Shown here: positions 9,165-16,690 of the stretch, one piece after another
Position numbering within the stretch: position 1 is the stretch's first letter
Layout: each line of letters opens with the position of its first letter
Virus record (IMG/VR): IMGVR_UViG_3300025165_000001
Location: 1-61,556 of that record
Strand: one strand, 5' to 3'
Length of the DNA: 61,556 nucleotides
Source: a virus
Taxonomy: Duplodnaviria > Caudoviricetes
Translations under genes and position numbers: made by a program
Notes under the pieces: generated by a model
Seen by the model: only the letters and a program-made list of their open reading frames with translations
Database searches by the model: none
Told to the model about the DNA's origin: nothing

Positions 9165-10037
9165 ATGAAAACTATTGCATTGAGATCATCGAGCGCGCTC
9201 GATAAATTCAACCCAGCTAAAACTGGAATCAAGGTGGCGAAGCTCGACGCTCTAGCGGGCTTTGCCAAAGCAATTCAAGATTGGCCGCTTCTCGAAAACG
9301 CGGTGGACGTGAAGATCGAGGAGCAGGGCGAGTTTTGCAAGTGGTGGGAGGGGAAAGTAACACCGGAGCATGGGGCAGGACGTGGGAATAAAAAGGTTAC
9401 AGAACTGCAACCTTTTTCAGATGAGGACGTTGATACCTGGAAAGTCCGCGTCCACCGGTGGAAGAAATACCTCAAAGAAGTGACGACGTATCGCGCGCGC
9501 CTACTGGGCGCCGAATATAGGGCGGCATTATTGGTCGATAAGGCATTTTACGGCGATCATGAAAATGAAAACGACGAGATGTTTACCCCGGCCAAATATA
9601 TCGAAGCAGCCCGCTTAGTGATGGATGGAATAGATCTCGATCCAGCCAGTTGCGAGACTGCGCAAGCTACAATAAAAGCAGCTTCCTATTTTACAAAAAG
9701 AGACAATGCCCTAAGTAAAGAATGGCACGGCAGAGTTTGGCTCAATCCGCCCTATTCGCAACCCTTTATGACCAATTTTGTGGACGCGCTGGTCCGTCAT
9801 GTAGCGAGCGGAAAGGTCACCGATGCCATTTTATTAACCAACGCCGCTACAGATACGGCGTGGTTCCATAATGCCGAGTCCATGGCTGCCCTCATTTGCT
9901 TCACCCGCGGCCGGGTAAAGTTTGTCGATGCCGTCCAGGGGGAGAAAATGCCGACTCAGGGCCAAGCTTTTTTTTACTATGGCAAAAAGACGGATCAGTT
10001 TAAGGCAATTTTTAAAGACTTTGGATTTATCCGCTGA
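9165..10037 (+). CDS. Phage DNA N6-adenine methyltransferase (Dam-like) with N-terminal extension
   Basis: DEMFTP, IDLDPAS, VWLNPPYS catalytic motif, LTNAATDTAWF, RGRVKF. Confidence 0.9.
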   Translation: MKTIALRSSSALDKFNPAKTGIKVAKLDALAGFAKAIQDWPLLENAVDVKIEEQGEFCKWWEGKVTPEHGAGRGNKKVTELQPFSDEDVDTWKVRVHRWKKYLKEVTTYRARLLGAEYRAALLVDKAFYGDHENENDEMFTPAKYIEAARLVMDGIDLDPASCETAQATIKAASYFTKRDNALSKEWHGRVWLNPPYSQPFMTNFVDALVRHVASGKVTDAILLTNAATDTAWFHNAESMAALICFTRGRVKFVDAVQGEKMPTQGQAFFYYGKKTDQFKAIFKDFGFIR

Positions 10038-10492
10038 TGGGTCTCTATAATAAAGAAAAGTTTGAGATGTATCCGCCGGCGGGCTACGACGGACAGTTTG
10101 TTTGGGAATATATCGTTCGCCGGCTCCCGCCTCCAATTCGTCCTATGGACATCGACGCATACGTTGAAATAGGTGGATTATACTTATTTTTTGAAACAAA
10201 GGCTGAAGGCAAAAAGGTTCCAATAGGTCAACGATTAGCACTAAGGCGACTTCTGAATCATCCGAGTGCGACTGTGTTGGCGCTCTGGGGAAAAACGGCC
10301 GCCCAGGTGCGCCGTTTGGAAATATATAATGGCCTGGGTTCGCCGACTATTATCGATCCCGCCACGGCGGCCGATGTTGAGACCGTAGTGGATAAATGGG
10401 TTAAGCACGCCGTCTGGTTGCGAGATAAAGCCAATGGGCGGGATGACGCATTGCAGAAAGTCAAGGACTGGCGATTCACGCTTTGGGAATGA
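10037..10492 (+). CDS. PD-(D/E)XK-family nuclease-like protein
   Basis: PMDID...LFFETK...IGQR motif; TGATG coupling to the methyltransferase. Confidence 0.6.
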   Translation: MGLYNKEKFEMYPPAGYDGQFVWEYIVRRLPPPIRPMDIDAYVEIGGLYLFFETKAEGKKVPIGQRLALRRLLNHPSATVLALWGKTAAQVRRLEIYNGLGSPTIIDPATAADVETVVDKWVKHAVWLRDKANGRDDALQKVKDWRFTLWE

Positions 10493-10541
10493 TAAGATGG
10501 TTCGATAAGATCGAAAGGAGATTTACTAACCCTTTGACTTA

Positions 10542-10912
10542 GGCTCACGGTGAGGCGCCCCCCTGAAAAGCCCTTCCGGGAACACCGCGCGCATGCTTTA
10601 AGGCTCAGCCTTCTTTCTGGAAGTGGTGAGAACGAGTAGCGCGGGTATGATCAGACCAAGCCCGGATCGCGTACGGGGCAGGGGCACTGGAAGCCAAACG
10701 GCTCAGTCTAGTAGAAAGCGAAAAGAACGCATGCTGCATGCCGGCAGCCCGAAATACCGCGAGTCTTGATTCTAGCCCGGCCACACATATGCTGGAATGT
10801 GCGCTCTCCTCGGAGTAACGGGGTTGGGGAAACTGCACCCAAAGTCTCGGAAAATTCCGACTTCCTTATGCGATAGGCCAAAGCATGTCCTTGACATGCG
10901 ACGCCGTGAGCT
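10542..10912 (+). ncRNA. Candidate large structured non-coding RNA
   Basis: Closing stem GCTCACGGTG (10543-10552)/CGCCGTGAGC (10902-10911) with nested helices inside a ~520-bp gap lacking a convincing ORF; strand inferred from flanking genes and G-U pairs. Confidence 0.55.
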
Positions 10913-11011
10913 CACTTGAGACGTGTCAGTGAACCACTGTCTACCCGAGGTTTGAAACCGTAGTGAGAAAAATTATATGCGAGCTGTAGAAGCGTCACTG
11001 GAGGAAGTAAA

Positions 11012-11248
11012 ATGACACTGCGAAATAAAATTGCAAACTGGCTGGACCCCCATCGACACGATTCCTGTCAAGCGAAACAGGTTGCTGCGCCCTGGATGCA
11101 GCATGCCTTGGATAACAGTCAACTGATGATCAGTCAACTTGAGTGTGAAATAAAATACTTGAAGGGACGGGTAGAAGTCAACAATTTCGCCCGTGAGTTT
11201 GCAAAGGAATTGCTGAAGGAAATCGCAGAGACGAAGACCCAGGTTTGA
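11012..11248 (+). CDS. Hypothetical coiled-coil protein
   Basis: GGAGG RBS before ATG. Confidence 0.55.
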   Translation: MTLRNKIANWLDPHRHDSCQAKQVAAPWMQHALDNSQLMISQLECEIKYLKGRVEVNNFAREFAKELLKEIAETKTQV

Positions 11249-11788
11249 TTTTCGACTGAGAGGAAATTATGGAAACCTGGCTCGATTTCATTGCTTTCAT
11301 TGCCGGGGTTGCCGCCTTCGCCGCTGGGCTCGCATGGCTCATGAGTAGGTGGTTCAAGCGAAGATACAACCAGGGAGTTTGATTTGTACGTGAAACTTTC
11401 CGTAGGCAGGACTACGTAGGTTACGGGCGAGAAGCAAAGTACCCCCCCACCCCCTCGCGCGTGCTATACCAGGCGCGCGTATCTTACCCTCATAGGGCTT
11501 ACCTATCACGGACACAGTGCGCGCGAAGCAAGCCGACGCGCGGCCCCTCATGAGACGATCGACGCGACAGCTTACTGACGCACCTGGACTAGCAGCATTT
11601 GCGTATTAGCTGGCAAACCGGTGTGCTAACGCGGCTTGAAACGACGCGACTGCTGGCACCTAATTGTTTTAGGCTGCCTCTGATAATCTGCTCGAAACTA
11701 AATAACGCAATGAAATCAGCGGTAGGAACGTCCCAGAAGAAGTATTATGTAACCTCAAGCCTTGTAAGTAGTTGATCTTCGGTCTGTG

Positions 11789-12286
11789 CTACTCTTTAGA
11801 ACCCGGGTTGATCTCGATTGTGTTAGCATCGCCCGCCGGAGCCGTTTGCACGATGGAAATCTCGATCTTCGCCGGCCCGACTGCGATTTGCGCCCCGTCG
11901 CGGAACTTCGGATCAACGCCCTTGAGGTACAATGCTGATAGCGCACTGTCGTAGCGTCGAATCGCCTGGCCTGTTTTCATGCCCTTGTAGGATAGTGGCT
12001 CCAACCAGCCTTTCACCGCGCGCGTTTTTATGCCCTCGGCGTTTCCAGCCTCTATGATAGCTACTATCCGTACAAAAGCAGCCTGATAGTTGGCGTAGTC
12101 TTCAAGCCATTGATAATGATATAAGTGGTGGATCTTACTCAGCCTTTGAGCACCACGGATAGTTCCGGCCTGGATGTAGCCATTTAAGAATGCTCGTTGG
12201 TCCGGTAGCAGAGCTTCAGATGGGACGATAAGCGCGGATTGATCGGTAATCTCTTGCGCCGTGGCTTCTCTGTATCCAAATGCCAT
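11789..12286 (-). CDS. terS: Terminase small subunit (HTH-type)
   Basis: QRAFL...GTI..A...HYQWLE...RAVKGWLEPLSYKG...IRRYDSAL...LKG.DPKFRD pattern of small terminases. Confidence 0.7.
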   Translation of the reverse strand: MAFGYREATAQEITDQSALIVPSEALLPDQRAFLNGYIQAGTIRGAQRLSKIHHLYHYQWLEDYANYQAAFVRIVAIIEAGNAEGIKTRAVKGWLEPLSYKGMKTGQAIRRYDSALSALYLKGVDPKFRDGAQIAVGPAKIEISIVQTAPAGDANTIEINPGSKE

Positions 12287-12302
12287 GGTTCTGCCTTACT
12301 CC

Positions 12303-12318
12303 TGTTTCACGTGAAACG
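12303..12318. promoter_or_regulatory. parS-like centromere site (15/16 match to TGTTTCACGTGAAACA)
   Basis: TGTTTCACGTGAAACG; perfect 14-bp palindrome GTTTCACGTGAAAC. Confidence 0.7.
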
Positions 12319-12322
12319 CAAG

Positions 12323-12342
12323 CCTGCCTGTCGGCAGACAAG
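12323..12342. repeat. REP-like palindrome CCTGCCTGTCGGCAGACA(A/G)G, copy 1
   Basis: 18-bp identical core also at 16351-16369 (inverted) and 55607-55626. Confidence 0.75.
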
Positions 12343-12689
12343 CCCTGAGTCTCGATCGCGTGTCGCGCAAGCATCCGATTTTCTTCGACCGACTGCTTTT
12401 TCCTTCTACGACTTGCAGGGTTTTTTCTTCATTGGACTTTAGTTGTATTTTTTTCTCATGGTGAAAATAGTTTTTGCTTGCAAGCTCCCGAATTCATTTC
12501 AATCGTATGTTTCTTCAGTCGGTCCTGTAGGTTTTTCATGGCACGAATTTCTCTTGTACATAGGGGTAGAAGCATTTTTTTTTCAGAGGCAAAAAAGTTG
12601 ATATTTTGCGAAAACGATAACATGAGGGGATTGAAGAGGTAGCAACCACAGTGACAAAGCTTCCCTTGGTCGGGAAGTAAGGAGACAGC

Positions 12690-13577
12690 ATGGACGTTTA
12701 TGAAGTCATCAATCAGCGTATTATCGGCGCATTGGAAAACGGCACGGTTCCTTGGCAATGTCCATGGAAGAAGGGCGAATATGGCATGCCGCGAAACTTC
12801 GCTTCGACTAAGCCATATCGCGGAATCAATACTTTCATGTTGTCGATGACTAGCATTGCTCTTGGCTATCAGTCACCGTTTTGGGTCAGTTTCAAGCAAG
12901 CCAAGGACCTTGGCGGGCATGTCAAGGCTGGCGAAAAGTCACCGGCATTTTCGGTTTTCTACAAGCCCATGAAGAAAGAGACTGTAGATGAGAATGGCGA
13001 TACCGAGAGCGAGAGCTACTCGGTATTGCGTTACACTCCGGTGTGGAATACCGATCAATGTGACGGGCTGAAAGTGCCGGATCTATCACCGGCGGACAGT
13101 TTCAAACATGAGATTATCCCGCAGGCGCAAGCCATTGTCGATGCCATGCCGAACAGGCCCGCAGTAAATATCCGAGCATCGAACCGCGCTTTTTATTCTC
13201 CGTCGCAAGACGCGGTAACGGTTCCCGAAATGTCGCAATTTTCCCAGGCAGAAATGTTTTACTCAACCATGTTCCATGAACTAGGGCATTCGACTGGACA
13301 TAGCTCGCGACTTGCTCGTGAATTCGGTTCTTCGTTCGGAGATCATACCTACAGTAAAGAAGAGCTAGTCGCAGAGTTTACAGCCTCTTACTTGTGTGGG
13401 ATTGCAGGGATTGAAAACAGAACAATTGAAAACTCGGCGAGCTATCTCAATTCCTGGCTGACTGTACTCAAGGACAAGGCTAACAAGAAGTGGATCACCT
13501 GGGCAGCAGGACAGGCGCAAAAAGCAGCAGATTGTATCCGAGGCATACAGCAAGCGGAGTTTAAAAAAGCGGCGTGA
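12690..13577 (+). CDS. ardC: ArdC-family antirestriction protein (DUF1738 ssDNA-binding domain plus zincin-like metallopeptidase)
   Basis: GTVPWQCPW, PRNFASTKPYRGIN, WVSFKQAKDLGGHVKAGEK, AFYSPSQD, FHELGHSTGH (HExxH), YSKEELVAE, SASYLNSWL. Confidence 0.92.
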   Translation: MDVYEVINQRIIGALENGTVPWQCPWKKGEYGMPRNFASTKPYRGINTFMLSMTSIALGYQSPFWVSFKQAKDLGGHVKAGEKSPAFSVFYKPMKKETVDENGDTESESYSVLRYTPVWNTDQCDGLKVPDLSPADSFKHEIIPQAQAIVDAMPNRPAVNIRASNRAFYSPSQDAVTVPEMSQFSQAEMFYSTMFHELGHSTGHSSRLAREFGSSFGDHTYSKEELVAEFTASYLCGIAGIENRTIENSASYLNSWLTVLKDKANKKWITWAAGQAQKAADCIRGIQQAEFKKAA

Positions 13578-13667
13578 TTTTCCCCGCGTATCCTACGCGG
13601 AGGGAAACGGTAGGCTAACCACCTTCGCGCCGGTTCCGTCAAGACCGGCATAACTAGGCGTGCGCAA
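13576..13667 (+). repeat. 92-bp structured direct repeat, copy 1 (three hairpins ending in the cassette motif)
   Basis: 90/92 identical to 16258-16349. Confidence 0.93.
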
Positions 13668-13701
13668 CCAAAGCCCCGATGACACGGGGCGAGGAGGGGA
13701 A

Positions 13702-13908
13702 ATGGAACCAACCATCGAATATGAACGATACGAGGTAACGCTACCCAGCGGCGTCGTGGTACTCGGCAAGCTCTACAAAGGGGAAGTCTGCGCGTTGACA
13801 TATTCGAACCGGACTCAAGCCGAACGGTCAGCGCAACGTGAAGGCGGCGATGTAATCCGACCCCACCGAAATTTTTTGGTGCGGTTGTGGAAAAGCGAGG
13901 CGGTGTAG
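13702..13908 (+). CDS. Cassette gene, hypothetical
   Basis: GAGGAGG RBS; stop TAG is the start of the junction motif. Confidence 0.7.
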   Translation: MEPTIEYERYEVTLPSGVVVLGKLYKGEVCALTYSNRTQAERSAQREGGDVIRPHRNFLVRLWKSEAV

Positions 13909-13938
13909 GCGTGCACAACCAAAGGGAGGGCGAAGGGA

Positions 13939-14208
13939 ATGGAAATGGAACAAATTAAAATCTTTGCTGAGTATCGATCGGGTTGTTTTTGCGATAGGCC
14001 AAAACTTGGCGAACAAGGTCCGTATGTCCTAACTCAATATCGCCCACGATTCACATGGCGCGAAGGTGTCCGAGAACTCGCGTCGAAACTCGGAGCTTTT
14101 GAAATCACATTTAGTAATAAGGAAAAAAAAGCAGTCGCGTTATTGCCGTTTACCTGTAGCCACCGAGATCAACAAGTTATTGGCTTTGATAGAACGTGGA
14201 CATTCTAA
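13939..14208 (+). CDS. Cassette gene, hypothetical
   Basis: Purine-rich RBS after the motif; stop overlaps the next motif. Confidence 0.7.
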   Translation: MEMEQIKIFAEYRSGCFCDRPKLGEQGPYVLTQYRPRFTWREGVRELASKLGAFEITFSNKEKKAVALLPFTCSHRDQQVIGFDRTWTF

Positions 14209-14227
14209 GGCGTGCGCAACCGGAGGG

Positions 14228-14392
14228 ATGAAAATGGCATGGCCGATCTGTAAATTTTGCGCAGGCACTGGACTAAACCCGCAATGCGCAGAGGATGCCT
14301 GCCGTGAATGCGGAGGACGTGGGTTTATCTTACCTCGTAACGAAGCCCAACGCGCGGCAGACCAAGAGCAGGATAGGGAGATAGACGACTAG
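14228..14392 (+). CDS. Cassette gene, small DnaJ-type zinc-finger protein
   Basis: CKFCAGTG and CRECGGRG (CxxCxGxG) repeats. Confidence 0.65.
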   Translation: MKMAWPICKFCAGTGLNPQCAEDACRECGGRGFILPRNEAQRAADQEQDREIDD

Positions 14393-14416
14393 ACTTGCGC
14401 AATCAGCAGCACTGAC

Positions 14417-14722
14417 ATGACCCTCACCGCTCTACTCCGCGAACACAACGCGCTGGCTCTCCGGGGCACGGTGATGCCCCTTCCGGCCGATTACGAGGCG
14501 GCTGAACGAGGCGACTCCATGCTCCTCGAACCCATGACTTGCCACCATCAACCCAGACTGCTCAAGGATTTTAGCCCGGGCAAGAAAAATACCTGGGCTG
14601 TGCAATGCGTTGAATGCGGCAAGACTACGCGATATTTTCAAACGGCAGGTAAGGCCATTGAGGCATGGAAGGTCAAAATGTTGCGGGATGGCTGGCGTTT
14701 GGAAAGCGAGGTGCAACCATGA
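14417..14722 (+). CDS. Cassette gene, Lar/Ral restriction-alleviation-like zinc protein
   Basis: WAVQCVECG...TAGKAIEAW resembles the Lar-family C-terminus; the N-terminal CPFCG motif is degenerate. Confidence 0.5.
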   Translation: MTLTALLREHNALALRGTVMPLPADYEAAERGDSMLLEPMTCHHQPRLLKDFSPGKKNTWAVQCVECGKTTRYFQTAGKAIEAWKVKMLRDGWRLESEVQP

Positions 14723-14877
14723 CAACACGACCACTCAGAACCGTAACGATCCGAATGCCAGCGGAAATCCTCGACGCCATAGAAGCGCTGGCCGAGCTGG
14801 GCGATAGATCCACGAACGCGCAGATAGTCCGCATGCTGCGCGGGATTATCGAGGGCGAGACGGCGGACAAGGGCTAG
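14719..14877 (+). CDS. Arc/ribbon-helix-helix DNA-binding protein
   Basis: TVTIRMPAEILDAIEALAELGDRSTNAQIVRML matches the Arc repressor pattern. Confidence 0.8.
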   Translation: MTTRPLRTVTIRMPAEILDAIEALAELGDRSTNAQIVRMLRGIIEGETADKG

Positions 14878-14897
14878 GCTGGGCGCAACAAGGGGGA

Positions 14898-15122
14898 ATG
14901 AAAATGGCAACACGACAATGGACAGTTGACGAACAGGCTGAGTTGCATCGCTTGGGTCGTCTATGTGACCGTCGTAGACGCGAGACCCATGATGCGGAGT
15001 TGCGAATGCAGGACCACCACTGCAATGCGAAGACTGACGCTGCGTACTACAACGCCGTGCAAGCACTGGTCAATGCCGAGGCACAGTATTGCAGCTTCGA
15101 GGCTGGTCTTAATGTGGGCTAG
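14898..15122 (+). CDS. Cassette gene, hypothetical
   Basis: Bounded by junction motifs at both ends. Confidence 0.65.
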   Translation: MKMATRQWTVDEQAELHRLGRLCDRRRRETHDAELRMQDHHCNAKTDAAYYNAVQALVNAEAQYCSFEAGLNVG

Positions 15123-15149
15123 GCGTGCGCAACGAAGAAGGGAACGAAA

Positions 15150-15359
15150 ATGGCAAAATATGAAGTCATGTACGCGGGGCTGAGTTGTAACCACCGGCAC
15201 GATAGGCCCGGTGATTGCCGGCCATGTTTACCCAAACGGCTACGCAAGGCCCGGCTGAATTACCTGCTGACCGATGGTATTATCACCAAAATACCGCCAG
15301 CGACTGCCGCCGAACGGGAAGAACAAGACGAAGAGCTCTCGGATTATAACTGGGAGTGA
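15150..15359 (+). CDS. Cassette gene, hypothetical (Cys/His motif, acidic tail)
   Basis: Bounded by junction motifs. Confidence 0.65.
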   Translation: MAKYEVMYAGLSCNHRHDRPGDCRPCLPKRLRKARLNYLLTDGIITKIPPATAAEREEQDEELSDYNWE

Positions 15360-15389
15360 AAACTAGGCGTGGGCAACCAGGAGGGGGGA

Positions 15390-15731
15390 ATGAATATGAA
15401 AACCGTTGAACCATTTGCACAATGCCGGCGTTGCACTAGCGTGCCGCAATACCAAGTAGAATCATGGCTATACTGCGCAATGCATGTGCCGAGCTACAGC
15501 CGAGCGGAACCCGTTGAAATCCGCAAGGACACGGCGAAAATGGAACCGCGCAAATGGAAGATCTTCAAGGTCATTGGCGCCAACAACGAACAGCCGGGCA
15601 TCCAATGGGCAAGAGCCGGCATTGCGGCCCTCGATGAGCCGGCAACCGTATTGCGGATAGAGTATTTTGATACCAAGACAAAGCGTGACTTCGCCGTCGT
15701 ATCCGGCAAGCGGCCAAGTTTCGCGGTCTAA
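15390..15731 (+). CDS. Cassette gene, hypothetical with N-terminal CxxC
   Basis: GGAGG RBS following the motif at 15364. Confidence 0.6.
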   Translation: MNMKTVEPFAQCRRCTSVPQYQVESWLYCAMHVPSYSRAEPVEIRKDTAKMEPRKWKIFKVIGANNEQPGIQWARAGIAALDEPATVLRIEYFDTKTKRDFAVVSGKRPSFAV

Positions 15732-15800
15732 CCCATATCCGCCGTTACGAGGCAACTAACAAACCCCGCCGTGGTTGGTGGGAGAAAGAGACAAAGGACC

Positions 15801-16253
15801 ATGAAAACTTTACCAACAGAACTCTACGAGGCAATGAATGTTTGCCACGAGTTCATGCCGGCGACCGAGTATCGAATGATGAGAGGTTTCTTGAAGGGCA
15901 AAGAGGCTGGACACTTCGCCGACAAGTTTATTGAGTTGGCCAAGCGAATAAGTGATATGCCCAAGACCTACGAGCAAGACGGCAAGGGCGACGAGGCTAT
16001 CGTTTATCTCCATTACTTTCGAGGTAATCAGGACTGGTGGATTTACGAGAAAGACGCGGAAACCCAGGACCGACTTGGACAGCATCAAGCTTTCGGCCTT
16101 GCTGATCTTGGCTACGGTGGGGAGCTTGGCTATATTTCCATCGTGGAGCTAGTCGCGGCGGGCGTGGAGCTTGACCTGTACTTCCGACCCACGCCATTGG
16201 CGGAAATCAAAGCGAAACGGACGGCGCGGCAAGAAGCTGCTTATGGGCAATGA
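15801..16253 (+). CDS. DUF2958-like protein
   Basis: PKTYEQDGKGDEAIVYLHYF....DWWIYE...AFGLADLG.GELGYISI.EL...VELDLYF.P. Confidence 0.8.
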   Translation: MKTLPTELYEAMNVCHEFMPATEYRMMRGFLKGKEAGHFADKFIELAKRISDMPKTYEQDGKGDEAIVYLHYFRGNQDWWIYEKDAETQDRLGQHQAFGLADLGYGGELGYISIVELVAAGVELDLYFRPTPLAEIKAKRTARQEAAYGQ

Positions 16254-16257
16254 GTTC

Positions 16258-16349
16258 GATTTTCCCCGCGTATCCTACGCGGCGGGAAACGGTAGGCTAA
16301 CCACCTTCACGCCGGTTCCGTCAAGACCGGCATAACTAGGCGTGCGCAA
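16258..16349 (+). repeat. 92-bp structured direct repeat, copy 2
   Basis: 90/92 identical to 13576-13667. Confidence 0.93.
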
Positions 16350-16350
16350 A

Positions 16351-16369
16351 CTGTCTGCCGACAGGCAGG
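16351..16369. repeat. REP-like palindrome, copy 2 (inverted)
   Basis: CTGTCTGCCGACAGGCAGG. Confidence 0.75.
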
Positions 16370-16402
16370 CCTGGGTGAGAGATCGAGGCAAGGAGAACGG
16401 AC

Positions 16403-16690
16403 ATGAAACTCAACGGCAGTCATCACAAAGCGCTCGGCATTGCCCGAGCGCTCTTCGAGCAGGACGGATATCACACCCGCTACCTGGACGAGATCGAGCG
16501 GGAGATGATTGACCATGTTCCCGCGCCTATCCCAGCTACCGGCCCCTACACCATCGAACCCTGCGGCTGGCGGTCGACGTACCGTGTCCATGATGCGGCA
16601 GGAGAGCTAGTCTGCATCACTCTATACAAAAAGGGCGCCGTCGAAGTGGCGCGAAGACTGAACAAGGCGACTCCATGCTCCTCGCAGTAG
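16403..16690 (+). CDS. Hypothetical protein
   Basis: AAGGAG RBS; C-terminal VHDAAGELVCITLYKKGAVEVARRL. Confidence 0.65.
   Translation: MKLNGSHHKALGIARALFEQDGYHTRYLDEIEREMIDHVPAPIPATGPYTIEPCGWRSTYRVHDAAGELVCITLYKKGAVEVARRLNKATPCSSQ

Larger units (their letters stand above)
13655..16350 (+). repeat. Dispersed 14-bp junction motif TAGGCGTGCGCAAC (8 copies) at gene boundaries
   Basis: Copies start at 13655, 13906, 14207, 14390, 14875, 15120, 15364 and 16337. Confidence 0.9.

Noticed and set aside
10500-11000. RNase P RNA, tmRNA, group I/II intron or retron ncRNA
   Set aside because: Signature sequences were not found, no interrupted gene, and no reverse transcriptase; kept only as an unclassified ncRNA candidate
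11385-11397. Second parS-like site (TGTACGTGAAAC)
   Set aside because: Only the right half matches the consensus
13655-16350. CRISPR array or integron interpretation of the repeated motif
   Set aside because: Repeats are only 14 bp and are separated by whole genes of variable length; no cas genes; no RYYYAAC...GTTRRRY attC pairs per cassette and no integron integrase
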